Shown here in pieces: positions 30,370 through 41,385 of a stretch of DNA of 43,387 bases. The DNA comes from Leidyana gryllorum EB-2025a (Eukaryota > Protista > Apicomplexa): NCBI GenBank assembly GCA_048772705.1, contig JBLWGC010000196.1:1-43387 (forward strand), given 5' to 3'. The notes beneath the pieces were generated by a model. It saw only the letters and a program-made list of their open reading frames with translations. It ran no database searches and was not told the DNA's origin. The position numbers and the translations under genes were made by a program. Each line of letters starts with the position of its first letter. The first letter of the stretch is position 1.

Positions 30370-30889
30370 GGCTGATTGGTCTAGTGGTATGATTTTTCCT
30401 TCGGGTGGAAGAAGTCCTGGGTTCCATCTACGTAGTTCGGATGGGTTGGGAATCGATCCCAGAACCTTTCGTATACTAAGCCACCGTGTCATCATCTGGG
30501 CTAGCCTCCCTCTGTGCCTACCTCATGGCATTGAGTGATACTTCCCATAGTGAGACGAGTCTCTCGACTGTACCCGCGCGGGTTGAACCACCGGCTAGGC
30601 GGCTGTTTGGTCTAGTGGTATGATTCTTCCTTCGGGTGGAAGAAGTCCTGGGTTCCATCTACGTAGTTCGGATGGGTTGGGAATCGATCCCAGAACCTTT
30701 CGTATACTAAGCCACCGTTTCATCATCTGGGCTAGCCTCCCTCTGTGCCTACCTCATGGCATTGAGTGATACTTCACATAGTGAGACGAGTCTCTCGACT
30801 GTACCCGCGCGGGTTGAACCACCGGCTAGGCGGCTGTTTGGTCTAGTGGTATGATTCTTCCTTCGGATGGAAGAAGTCCTGGGTTCCAT
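30370..30889. repeat. 231-bp tandem repeat (truncated Pro + Ala relic), ~2.2 units
   Basis: Pro 5' ends at 30370, 30601 and 30832. Confidence 0.93.
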
Positions 30890-31039
30890 TCCAAGAACAG
30901 TCCTCTTGGTTGTCGGTTGACCCGATGGGATGAGCAGTTCTCAGAACCAACACAGCCTCCTCGTTAGCCCACTTCGGCACTCAAGGCAATTAACATCTCA
31001 GGAATCGCATTTCGGCTCCCTCTTCCATGTTGCAGACTG

Positions 31040-31111
31040 AGCAGTGTAGCTCAGTGGAAGAGTGTTGGGCTCATAACCCAAAGGTCCGTCGATCGAAACG
31101 ACGCACTGCTA
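31040..31111 (+). tRNA. tRNA-iMet-CAT: Initiator tRNA-Met(CAT)
   Basis: Intact. Confidence 0.95.
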
Positions 31112-31644
31112 AGTGTGCGCAAGAGGGAAACAGTAATAGAATTGATTGGGTCGTGAGCGAAGCCTTCTGTCGGAATCGAACCGGAGATCTTCCGCTTACT
31201 AAGCGAATGCTCTGCCCCTAAGCTAAGAAGGCAACTTAGCTGGAGAATCATGTGTCAGTTGTATCGACGAAAGTTAGCCGGGTGCTACGTGCACGGCGGG
31301 CAGTGCTGGGATCCAGTCGCAGGTTGTCCTGACTACAACGGCTGACAAGAGTGGGATTCGAACCCACGCCCTTTCGGACTGCGGCCTGAACACAGCGTTT
31401 GAGACCACTAGGCCACCTTTCCAGAATGTTGTTGGCTCGCCCTTCCACGCGTTTCCTGTACTTGGAATCTCAAAATGGAAGGTCTTCCGGGGTTGGGGGC
31501 CGGGGTATTCACGAGCGTCCGAGATAGTATAGTGGTTAGTATTTCCGCCTGTCACGCGGAAAACTGGGGTTCGATTCCCGGTCTCGGAGCACAGTTGGTT
31601 AGGCTTAAAATTGTCTCCTTTGGTTGCCGCTGGAAGTTGCGAGC

Positions 31645-31717
31645 TACAGCCACCGAGGATCGAACTCGGGACCTTCTGCGTGTGAAGCAGACGTCGTAAC
31701 CACTAGACCATGGCTGC
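31645..31717 (-). tRNA. tRNA-Val-CAC: tRNA-Val(CAC)
   Basis: Intact. Confidence 0.93.
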
Positions 31718-31857
31718 ACGGACCTTCCGAGCTGTGAAAGGGGCGTGTGTCTTTGGACACACGTATCCGACGAGCCCGTTCGTCGTCGCTTGACCCGACG
31801 CTCCACCTGATCTCAAGACGGTACGGCTCTCGTCCAAAGCCTCAACTCGGGCACTTG

Positions 31858-31930
31858 TCCACTGTAGTCTAAGTGGTTAGGATATGCGGCTCTCACCCGC
31901 ACGATCCGGGTTCAAGTCCCGGCAATGGAA
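31858..31930 (+). tRNA. tRNA-Glu-CTC: tRNA-Glu(CTC)
   Basis: One acceptor mismatch. Confidence 0.8.
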
Positions 31931-32269
31931 GCTACTGGAGCAAAGTGCTCCAGTAATCCCCGTCAATAGTCACTGATTCGTGATCTTCGGCCTGCATTGC
32001 CTTCTTAGCTCAGGGGCAGAGCATTCGCTTAGTAAGCGAAAGGTCGCCGGTTCGTTTCCGGCAGAAGACTTGACTGCATCGACTGGGCACCTGCAAAGCT
32101 TAAAGTCTCTCAAGCTCCAATCATCTTAACCGAGCGTCGTAGTTCAGCCACCAGAGGGTAAGTCTCTTAGCCACAAAGTCGCAGACTGGAACCTGCCAGT
32201 ACTTGAGGCACCCACTAGCTCAACGCAGACTGCGGCCGAGTCTCGGGGTGCTGGAGCTCTTTCTCGAGT

Positions 32270-32340
32270 GCACTTGTGGTCCAAGGGTAGGATGCGAGCT
32301 TCCCATGCTCGCAGCCCGGGATCGAGTCCCGGCAGGTGCA
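32270..32340 (+). tRNA. tRNA-Gly-CCC: tRNA-Gly(CCC)
   Basis: T54A variant. Confidence 0.82.
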
Positions 32341-32415
32341 GCCGATCGTACAGACTTGACCATGGCTGCAACAATATTTTCAACCGGGGCGAAGAGCAAT
32401 GCACTTTAGACCCCT

Positions 32416-32487
32416 TGTCCGAGCCAGGAATCGAGCCTGGGTTTGCACGGCCACAACGTGCTGTCCTAACCACTAGACGACTCGGAC
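32416..32487 (-). tRNA. tRNA-His-GTG: tRNA-His(GTG)
   Basis: Identical to the 29335 copy. Confidence 0.85.
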
Positions 32488-32760
32488 AATCTTTGAGCGA
32501 GGCTTTAGAGGTAGCGAAGCATCGATCAGGGTGGAACGGAACAGGAGTGTCAGACGAACTACGTTGTAAGAAGTCCACTCCTCAACTCCCGGCGGGACGG
32601 AATTTGCTCGTCGAATATTTGATGCCACCACTACAATCACATGCGTTGCCATCTAAGCAACTCGGGCCGTAAGAGTACTTCGAGGCGGTACACCGCACCC
32701 GAACGACATCGACGTCGCAACGGAAGCGATTAACACTCTGGAACTCAGAGAGAAAGTAAC

Positions 32761-32844
32761 GCACAGATGCCCGAGTGGTCTAAGGGGCCAGACTCAAGTT
32801 CTGGTAGGCGCAAGTCTGCATGGGTTCGAATCCCATTTTGTGCA
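32761..32844 (+). tRNA. tRNA-Leu-CAA: tRNA-Leu(CAA)
   Basis: GCACAGATGCCCGAGTGGTCTAAGGGGCCAGA-CT-CAA-GT-TCTGG. Confidence 0.92.
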
Positions 32845-33219
32845 ACGCCGATCATCCTCGAGAATAGGCTGGAAAAGCTACGGTAGATTCGAGTCTCTCT
32901 CTGTATATCCGGTTGCATGCACCCAAGTATTCGGCTATTTGATCTAGCGGTGGTATCCGTGTCAGGATGGAAAAAGAAATGGATCCGATTCCCAGAAAAG
33001 CTCATTATGGTGTTGACCTGACATCCCACTCCTTTTGAGGATGGTACGGCTCTCGCCCAAAGCATGCACCCGCGCGGACCAGGCCCAATAGAATTCAAAT
33101 CCACCACCCCTCCCCACTCGGGCAAGTTGGCAACTGTCGAACTCGGGAGGCCGCGAGGAGTGGCCCCAGATGCGGCTGCGGTGAGTGCTTATTTTCACCG
33201 CGTTTCAAGACTTTTTAGC

Positions 33220-33292
33220 GCCTCGGTAGCTCAGTTGGGAGAGCGCCAGACTGCAGAACTGGAAGTCCCGTGTTCGATGCACGGCCGAGGCA
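33220..33292 (+). pseudogene. Phe body with GCA anticodon
   Basis: CCAGA-CT-GCA-GA-ACTGG; additional lesions. Confidence 0.75.
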
Positions 33293-33429
33293 GAGAGGTT
33301 GTGGCATCTGGTGTCAAAATCTCTCGCGCCCGTGCGAGGGTTCTGCCCCTCAGCTAACCAGGCAGGCCCTGTCTCGATCACATGACGGTATGGCTGAGCC
33401 AACACCTTCGAACGTTTCATTCCATCTTC

Positions 33430-33501
33430 AGGGCACGCGCGGAGTTGAACCACGGACTTGCTGATCTGCAGTCAGCTGCTCTACCACTGAGCTACGTACC
33501 C
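33430..33501 (-). tRNA. tRNA-Cys-GCA: tRNA-Cys(GCA)
   Basis: Intact. Confidence 0.93.
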
Positions 33502-33644
33502 AGAACTGCCCCTCATACTCACTCAACTCGTTCCTGTCTCCTCACTTGAAGCAAAACGGCCGTGTACTAGAACATAGCTGCACGGATGGTCCCCGCAGCC
33601 CAAGAGAAGTGGCGAAGTTTCAGGAGTAGTGAGGACCAGTTCCG

Positions 33645-33716
33645 AGGTCGTGCCGGGAATCGAACCCAGGTCGGGAGATTCAGAGTCTCCAGTGCTAACC
33701 ACTACACCACGCAACC
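33645..33716 (-). tRNA. tRNA-Gln-CTG: tRNA-Gln(CTG)
   Basis: GGAGA-CT-CTG-AA-TCTCC; one acceptor change. Confidence 0.88.
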
Positions 33717-34261
33717 GGTTCAGCCCATCCCAAAAGAGTCGGTACAGCCATCCGGACCAGCGCACCTTCCGTCGGGATTCCCGTGCGAACTGTCAGTGGT
33801 GTAGGTACACCCCCTTCTCGATGTCAGTATTTGGCTCTTGGAATGACTGTTTGGCGGGGTGGACGAAGGTCTGAGCGGCCGCTTCACTCCCAGTCATGGG
33901 GTTTTGCTGTGCACATCACTCGCTCCTTCGGCTAGTGACTGTTCACCTCAACTCTGAAGCGGTCACATATTCCAGTCGGTTAGAGCGTGAGCCTGATAAC
34001 TTCCGAGTCCGCGACTGGAGCCCGCGCGTGACCAAGTGAGTGGATCTCTGATACAGATTCGCCCTGCACCCGAGGAAGGCCCAAGATTCCACGATCAATA
34101 CGAATGGAATTTGTTACTAAGTCCGAGCTTCGTTGCCGCCCCAAGTCCGTCGGTAGAGCGCAAGACTTTTGAGGGGAGACCGCCGGTTCGGGCAGCGCGA
34201 GAACTCAAGGTTGCTGAACCGTTTGTGAAGCCACTGGCCGCAAAATGCCAAGTTCGACAGC

Positions 34262-34343
34262 GGCAACTTGCCCGAGTGGTTAAGGGGGTAGACTAGAAAT
34301 CTACTGGGCCGTGCCCGCGCTGGTTCAAATCCAGCAGTTGTCG
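34262..34343 (+). tRNA. tRNA-Ser-AGA: tRNA-Ser(AGA)
   Basis: Ser body. Confidence 0.88.
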
Positions 34344-34418
34344 TGCGATGTGGTTGGAGGGTTAAACACCGACTCACGCATCAATTTCTGAATGGTGGAA
34401 AAGCAACCATGTGTCCTC

Positions 34419-34489
34419 TGCATCTGCCGGGAATCGAACCCGGGTCGTCTCGATGGCAACGAGACATTCTACCACTAGACCACAGATGC
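34419..34489 (-). tRNA. tRNA-Gly-GCC: tRNA-Gly(GCC)
   Basis: Intact. Confidence 0.95.
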
Positions 34490-34650
34490 GTGACACCTTG
34501 TTGTTGAAGCTCGTACACGGTAACGGCCGTTTTCTGAACGAATGGAATGTCCGTGGCGTGTTCAGAGCGTCCGAGTTACTATTTTCGCATGTCACGCCTA
34601 AGAAGCGGGCCCGATTGCCGGTAAATAAGTCTGGAACGGGGGATGGTTTT

Positions 34651-34722
34651 GGGCCTATCGCGCAACGGTAGCGCGTCTGACTCCAGATCAGAAGGTTGGG
34701 TGTTCGAATCACTCTGGGCTCA
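34651..34722 (+). tRNA. tRNA-Trp-CCA: tRNA-Trp(CCA)
   Basis: TCTGA-CT-CCA-GA-TCAGA. Confidence 0.9.
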
Positions 34723-34931
34723 ACCGGACTCTATGTTTTTCCCGTTTGGGGCGCGACCTGACAAAAGTGGGATTCGAACCCACGACCTTTCAGACTCCGG
34801 TCTGAGCACAACGCCTCAGACCACTCGGTCATCTTGCCGGGATGTTGTTGGCTCGCCGCTCCACGCGTTTTCTATCCCTGGAATCTCAAGATGGAAGGAC
34901 TTTGGGGTTTCAGGCCGGTGTGTTCGGAGCG

Positions 34932-35003
34932 TCCGAGATAGTATAGTGGTTAGTATTTCCGCCTGTCACGCGGAAGACCCGGGTTCGATTCCCGGTCTCG
35001 GAG
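34932..35003 (+). tRNA. tRNA-Asp-GTC: tRNA-Asp(GTC)
   Basis: Intact. Confidence 0.95.
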
Positions 35004-35058
35004 CACAGTTGATCTCGCTTAAGATTGTCTTTTTTGGTGCCCGCTGAAAGTTGCCAGC

Positions 35059-35131
35059 TACAGCCACCGAGGATCGAACTCGGGACCTTCTGCGTGTTAA
35101 GCAGACGTCGTAACCACTAGACCATGGCTGC
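35059..35131 (-). tRNA. tRNA-Val-AAC: tRNA-Val(AAC)
   Basis: Intact. Confidence 0.93.
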
Positions 35132-35641
35132 ATGGATGGTCCCCGCAGCCCAAGAGAAGTGGCGAAGCTTCAGGGAGTAGTGAGGACCAGTTCAAGGGTC
35201 GCGCCGGGATCGAACCCAGGTCGGAAAATCCAAAGTGTCGAGTGCTGCCCACCAAGCACGCAACCGGTTCAGCCCATCCCAGAAGAGTCGGACTAGCGCT
35301 TCCTCAGCTGGACACATGCGACACGGGTCTTGTATACAGACCCCAGTGTAAAGAGTTGGATTCGAGTCGGGCAAAAACCTCAGTTCAATCATTCAACCAG
35401 TTGCGCTCTCCGCGAATGCTACCGACAAGGGTGAGATTCGGAACCAACACATGCGACGGGTCCGCATAACAAAAAGGAAGGTGTCTGGGGTTGGAGGCCG
35501 GCGTGTTCAGAGCGTCCGAGATAGTCTAGTGGTTAGTATTTCTGCCTGTCACGCGGAAGACCCGGGTTCGCTTCCCGGTCTCCCAGCACAGTTGGTTTCC
35601 CTTGAGATTCTCTCCTTTGGTTCTCGCTGAAAGTTGCGAGC

Positions 35642-35714
35642 TACAGCCACCGAGGATCGAACTCGGGACCTTCTGCGTGTAAAGCAGACGTCGTAACCAC
35701 TAGACCATGGCTGC
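35642..35714 (-). tRNA. tRNA-Val-TAC: tRNA-Val(TAC)
   Basis: CTGC-TT-TAC-AC-GCAG, otherwise identical to Val-AAC. Confidence 0.9.
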
Positions 35715-36005
35715 ATGGATGGTTCCCGCAGCCCAAGAGAAGTGGCGAAGCTTCAGGGAGTAGTGAAAACCAGTTCAAGGGTCGCGCCGGGATCGAACCC
35801 AGGTCGGAAAATCCAAAGTGTCGAGTGCTAACCACCAAGGACGCAACCGGTTCAGCCCATCCCAGAAGAGTCGGACTAGCGCTTCCTCAACTGGACACAT
35901 GCAACACGGGTCTTGTATACAGACCCCAGCGTCAAGAGTTGGATTCGAGTCGGGCAAAAACCTCAGTTCAATCATTCAACCAGTTGCGCTCTCCCCGAAT
36001 CATAC

Positions 36006-36087
36006 CGACAAGGGTGAGATTCGAACTCACGCGGTTGGAACCCAACGGCTTAGCAGGCCGCCGCCTTAACCACTCGGCCACCTTGCC
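36006..36087 (-). tRNA. tRNA-Ser-GCT: tRNA-Ser(GCT)
   Basis: GGCAAGGTGGCCGAGTGGTTAAGGCGGCGGC-CT-GCT-AA-GCCGT. Confidence 0.9.
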
Positions 36088-36196
36088 GACGACATCTCTT
36101 ACTCGCTGGCACTTTTTCACAACGGTTTGGGGTCCTAGTCAAGCTTGCTGAACCGTATGTGACATCACTGGCCGCAAAATGCCGAGTTCGACAGGT

Positions 36197-36278
36197 GGCA
36201 ACTTGCCCGAGTGGTTAAGGGGGTAGATTCGAAATCTACTGGGCCTGGCCCGCGCTGGTTCAAATCCAGCAGTTGTCG
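36197..36278 (+). tRNA. tRNA-Ser-CGA: tRNA-Ser(CGA)
   Basis: Ser body. Confidence 0.88.
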
Positions 36279-36386
36279 TGTGCTGCGATCATCGGAGTAG
36301 GCGGCTGGGCTCAAAACACTAGAGATTGCAGTGGCGACGCAGAGGCATCAAGTACGTGAATAGGTGCCATCTGTCGTCGCAGAAGT

Positions 36387-36460
36387 GGTCGCGTGGCTCA
36401 GTCGGTTAGAGCGTGAGCCTAATAAGCTCAAGGTCCCCGGTTTGAGCCCGGGCGTGACCA
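36387..36460 (+). tRNA. tRNA-Ile-AAT: tRNA-Ile(AAT), C56T
   Basis: Ile body. Confidence 0.78.
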
Positions 36461-36979
36461 AGTGAGTGGATCTTTGATAAAGAGTTGCCAATACGAAAGG
36501 AACTTTTTACCAAGTCCAAGCTTCCTTGCCGCGCCAGCTCCGTCGGTAGAGCGCAAGACTTTCAATGGAGAGACCGCGGGTTCGGACAACGCGACCGCTC
36601 CGAGTCAAGCTGCTGAACCGTATGTGAAGCCACTGCCTGCGGCATGCCGAGTTCTACCGTTGGCAACTTGCCCAAGTGGTTAAGGGGGTAGACTCGAAAT
36701 CTACTGGGCCGGGCCCGCGCTGGTTCAAATCCAGCAGTTGTCGTGCGATGTGATCGGGCATCAACTCCCTTCGGTCGTGACTCGGTTTCATATACCGCGG
36801 GTGCAGCCGTTAGAGGCTTGGACGGCCTGGGCATCGATCCCAGTATCTCTAGCATGTTAAGCGAGTGCTATGTCATTTGAGCTAGTGGCCCGCTTTGCAG
36901 ACACCATAGCATTTAGTGGTTCTTGACATATTATGACCAGTGTCCCAACTCTACCAGCAATTTGCACCACCGACCAGTC

Positions 36980-37051
36980 GGCTGTTTGGTCTAGTGGTAT
37001 GATCCTTCCTTAGGGTGGAAGAAGTCCTGGGTTCGATTCCCAGAACAGCCC
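36980..37051 (+). tRNA. tRNA-Pro-AGG: tRNA-Pro(AGG)
   Basis: Intact. Confidence 0.92.
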
Positions 37052-37097
37052 GTCTGATAGTTGTTGACGCAACAGGCTGCAACCCGGCCATCCGCCC

Positions 37098-37170
37098 AGA
37101 CGCTACTGGGACTCGAACCCAGAATCCCCGGTTCCGTAGACCGATGCCATATCCATTAGGCCATAGCGCC
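37098..37170 (-). tRNA. tRNA-Arg-ACG: tRNA-Arg(ACG)
   Basis: Intact. Confidence 0.92.
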
Positions 37171-37644
37171 GACTAACGGAGCCGTCAAATGGGAGTGTGT
37201 AGCGATCAAGACAGCGATTGTCGTCTGAAGCAGACCCTGTGTCGATCACTTGTGGGTATGGCTGAGGCCGGCTAGGATATGCGGCTCTCACTCGCACGGT
37301 CCGGGTTCAAGTCCCGGCAGTGGAAGTCATTGAAGTACTCGAGCAAAGTGCTCCACTAATCTCCGTCAGTAGCCATCGCTTCGTTATCTCCGACTTACAT
37401 TGCCTTCTAAGCTTAGGGGCAGAGCGTTCGCTTCGTAAGCGAGAAGGCGTCGGCAGAAGGCTTTGATGCGTCGATAGGCTTATAAAGAATGGCTGTCACC
37501 AGGTACAAGAGTCAACAGGATCGTGTTCTGCATCTGTGGTCTAGTGGAAGAGTCTCTCGCTGCCATCAAGATAACCCGTGTGCGATTCCCGACCGATGCA
37601 AAACGATAGCATGATGACTTTGTCGGCGGTTCCGATTCCGACCC

Positions 37645-37717
37645 TGGGAGTGGAGAGGATCGAACTCTCGACTTCAGTATTATGAGACCTACGCGCTACC
37701 GACTGCGCTACACTCCC
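37645..37717 (-). tRNA. tRNA-Met-CAT: Elongator tRNA-Met(CAT), stem variant
   Basis: eMet body, one stem change. Confidence 0.8.
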
Positions 37718-38638
37718 CAGTGGGACTTCTCTCGATGCATCTCCTCCTGTCAAAAGGGTGCACGGGGATGCTGTGTCCACAACAAGGACAGCCAGCTGAG
37801 ACGAAAACTGAGTTGCAGCGATTGTGGGGGGCTGGAACCCGATCAGTCGCCCAGACGCTACTGAGACTCGAACCCAGAATCCCCGGTTCCGTAGACCGAT
37901 GACATATCCATTAGGCCATAGCGCCAATCAACGGAGCCGTCGAATGAAAGTGTATACCCATCAAGAGAGAGTTCCATTCGAGACACCGGAGACATCTTGG
38001 CCGAGCCGGGAATCGCGCGTGGCTTCGCACGGCCACAACTTGCTGTCCCAACCACTAGACGACTCGGATAATCTGCAAGTAGCTATCAAGGCAGTGGGCA
38101 TCAATCAGGATGAAATGTAAGAGGAGCGTTAGATGCTCTCTAAATGAGCTACTACAGGCCGGTTCATAAGAACCAGGCTCATCGGATACGTGATTCGAAA
38201 GACATACGCCCCTTTCACGAAGCTCCGTACAGCCATGGTCTAGTGGTTACGACGTCTGCTTCACACGCAGCAGTTCCCAAGTTCGATCCTCGGTGGCTGT
38301 AGCTCGCAACTTTCAGCGAGAACCAAAGGAGAGAATCTCAAGCGAAACCAACTGTGCTCCGAGACCGGGAATCGAACCCGGGTCTTCCGCGTGACAGGGG
38401 GAAATACTAACCACTATACTATCTCGGACGCTCCGAACACGCCGGCCTCCAACCCCAAAAGTCCTTCCATTTTGAGATTCCAAGGATAGAAAACGCGTGG
38501 AGCGGCGAGCCAACAACGTCCCGTCAAGATGGCCGAGTGGTCTAAGGCGCTGTGCTCAGACCGGAGTCCGAAAGGGCGTGGGTTCGAATCCCACTTTTCC
38601 CAGCTTGCGCCCTAAACGAGAAAAACATAGAGTCTGTT

Positions 38639-38710
38639 TGAGCCCAGAGTGATTCGAACACCCAACCTTCTGATCTGCAGTCAGACGCGCTACCGTTGTG
38701 CCATAGGCCC
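38639..38710 (-). tRNA. Trp body with GCA (Cys) anticodon
   Basis: TCTGA-CT-GCA-GA-TCAGA in a Trp body; one D-stem mismatch. Confidence 0.78.
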
Positions 38711-39880
38711 AAAACCATCCCCCGCTTCAGACTCATTGCCTTGTGGTCACCCCCGCTCCAGACTCATTACTTTGTGGTCAGGAATGGAGGTGTCACGCAT
38801 CTGTGGTCTAGTGGTAGAATGTCTCGTTGCCATCGAGACGACCCGGGTTCGATTCCCGGCAGACGCAGAAGACACATGGTTGTTTTTCCCACCATTCCAG
38901 AAATTCATGCGTGAGTTGGTGTTTGACCCTCCAACCACATCGCACGACAACTGCTGGCTTTGAACCAGCCCGGGCCAGGCCCAGTAGATTTCTAGTCTAC
39001 CCCCTTAACCACTCGGGCAAGTTGCCGCTGTCGAGCTTGGCATTTTGCAGGCAGTGGCTTCACATACGGTTCAGCACTGCTCGCGCCGTCACGAACCCCC
39101 GGTTCTCCCATCAAACGTCTTGCGCGCCACCGACGGAGTTGGGCCGGCAAGGAAGCTCGCCCTGTACCTGGGAAGGCCCAAGATTCCACGATCAATATAA
39201 ATGGAATTGGTTACTAAGTCCGAATCTGTATCAGAGATCCACTCACTTGATCACGCCGACATTCCATATTTTCCAAGACGGTACGGCTCTCGGCCGAAGC
39301 CCCAACTCTACCACTCGTCCACTGTAGTCTAAGTGGCTAGGATATGCGACTCTCACCCTCACGATCCGGGTTCAAGTCTCGGCAGTGAAAATCCAGCTGA
39401 GTGTGCTTGTGGGCAACAGTTCCATTCTTACTTTTAGGGAGATAGATCCACACCGCCCGCGGGGCTCGAACCCGCGACTGCAAGATTAAGAGTCTTGCGC
39501 TCTACCGACTGAGCTAGGGCGGGAAGGAAGCTCTAAACTTAGTTACACCCTATTTGCCGTTGGGTGGACAGTGGAAGTCAATTCATGTCTTCGTGTGTAT
39601 ATCCCGTCGCATGCACCCAAATATTCGGCTGTTTGGTCTAGTGATATGATCGTTCCTTTGGGTGGAAGAAGTCCTGGGTTCGATTCCCAGAACAGCCCGT
39701 CTGGTACTTGTGGACTCAAAACGTCAGTCTATCCAAGGTCGGATGAGATATGCTGCTCAGCTAAGACAACTTGAGTTATATATGCATGGAATCTTCGCCA
39801 GATTAACTCCAGTTGGCCCATCAACGCTTTTTGCCAAAGTCCATCAGGTTGAGTAGTAGTTTGCACAGCACCTCGCTACT

Positions 39881-39960
39881 TCCGGTGGGACGGAATCGAA
39901 CCGCCGACTATCTGATGCCAGCACTACAGTCAGATGCTCTACCAACTGAGCTACCCCCGG
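39881..39960 (-). tRNA. tRNA-Tyr-GTA: tRNA-Tyr(GTA) with 7-nt intron
   Basis: Duplicate of the 27575 copy. Confidence 0.9.
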
Positions 39961-40649
39961 CCGTCCAACTGCTCCGGGGTTCGAAAGGCTCAACCCCAGA
40001 TCCTCGCCCTGTCGCACTGCGGTCTGAGCACAGCCCCTTAGACAAATCGGCCATCTTGCGGGATGTTGTTGGCTCGCCGCTCCACGCGTTTTCTGTGCTT
40101 GGAATCTCATAATGGAAGAACTTTTGGGGTTGGAGGCCGGCGTGTTCAGAGCATTTGAGATAGTATCCGGGTTCGATTCCCGGTCTCAGAGCAGTTCCAG
40201 CCCTCACAACTGGTGCAACTCAGATTTTGTCTCAGCTGGTCTGGACTTCATTCGGGATTGTACGAGTGGGAGCCGCGTATAGTTGCCGACCTTGGAGAGA
40301 CGTGGCATTGAGTCAACAACTATCAGACGGGCTGTTCTGGGAACCGAACCCAGCACTTCTTCCACCCGAAGGAAGAATCATACCACTAGACCAAACAGCC
40401 GCCTGTCGGTCGTGCAAACCGCTGAGGACACTTGAGATAGTGGTCATACTATGTTCAGAACCAACAAATGCGGTGGGTGTGCACAAGTGGCGACGAGCTC
40501 AAATGGTAGAGCGCTCGCTTTGCATGCGAGAGGTACTGGGATTGATACCCAGGTTGTCCAAACTACATGCAACCTTGGGTGCAGAGAAACGCCTGGGGAG
40601 TGGTTCAAAACTGTGAGTGTTCTTCTTTCGATCCAATCGAGAAGCTCTT

Positions 40650-40722
40650 GCGTACGTGGCGCGATGGACAGCGCGTTGGACTTCAAATCCAAAGGTTGCG
40701 AGTTCGCGTCTCGCCGTAGGTA
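40650..40722 (+). pseudogene. Arg(TCT) body with TCA anticodon, copy 2
   Basis: Duplicate of 28378 with two differences. Confidence 0.8.
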
Positions 40723-40788
40723 GACAAATGATCAGCACTTTACTTCGATTATCTGGCTGACTCTAGCTGCCTTCGCTGTGGAATGTTG

Positions 40789-40861
40789 TCCACTGTAGTC
40801 TAAGTGGCTAGGATATGCGGCTTTCACCCGCACGATCCGGGTTCAAGTGCCGGGAGTGGAA
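40789..40861 (+). tRNA. tRNA-Glu-TTC: tRNA-Glu(TTC), variant
   Basis: Glu body with T-stem lesions. Confidence 0.7.
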
Positions 40862-41189
40862 GTTATTGGACTACTCGAGCAAAGTGCCACTAATCTCCGT
40901 CAATAGCGATTTCTTCGTTATCTCCGGCTCACATTGCCTTCGTAGCTTAGGGGCAAAGCGTTCGCTTCGTAAGCGAGAAGTCGCCGGTTCGATTCCGGCA
41001 GAAGGCTTTGATGCATCGATGGGCTTATAAGGAATGGCTGTCATCACGTACAAGATTGAACAGGATGGTGTTCTGCATCTGTGGTCTAGTGGAAAACTCA
41101 CTCGCTGGCATCGAGATAACCCGTTTGCGATTCTCGACAGATGCAAGATGATAGCATGATGAGTTTGTCGGCGGTTCCGATTCCGACCC

Positions 41190-41262
41190 TGGGAGTGGAG
41201 AGGATCGAACTCTCGACTTCAGGATTATGAGACCTACGCGCTACCGACTGCGCTACACTCCC
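41190..41262 (-). tRNA. tRNA-Met-CAT: Elongator tRNA-Met(CAT)
   Basis: Intact. Confidence 0.95.
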
Positions 41263-41385
41263 TAGTGAAACTTCTCTCGATGCATCTCCTCCTGTCAAAA
41301 GGGTGCACGGGGATGCTGTATCAAAGGCCCAAAACCATCCCCCGCTCCAGACTCATTACTTTGTGGTCAGCAATGGAGGTGTCAC

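Larger units (their letters stand above)
31935..32604. repeat. ~670-bp inverted copy of 29218-29880
   Basis: ORF twins 29244(+)/32144(-); His-Gly-Thr order inverted. Confidence 0.9.
34910..36020. repeat. 583-bp-period tandem (Asp-Val-Gln relic-Ser GCT 3' end)
   Basis: Asp at 34932/35515, Val at 35059/35642. Confidence 0.88.
36168..37055. repeat. ~890-bp inverted copy of 42405-43293 (also homologous to 1-820)
   Basis: Shares a 13-nt deletion and the CACGTACTTG variant with the 43-kb copy. Confidence 0.92.

Noticed and set aside
33770-33960. Possible non-tRNA RNA gene (5S, U6, 7SL, SL RNA) in a unique-looking stretch
   Set aside because: I recognised no diagnostic motif and part of it resembles a decayed Pro. 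An Rfam cmscan would settle it.
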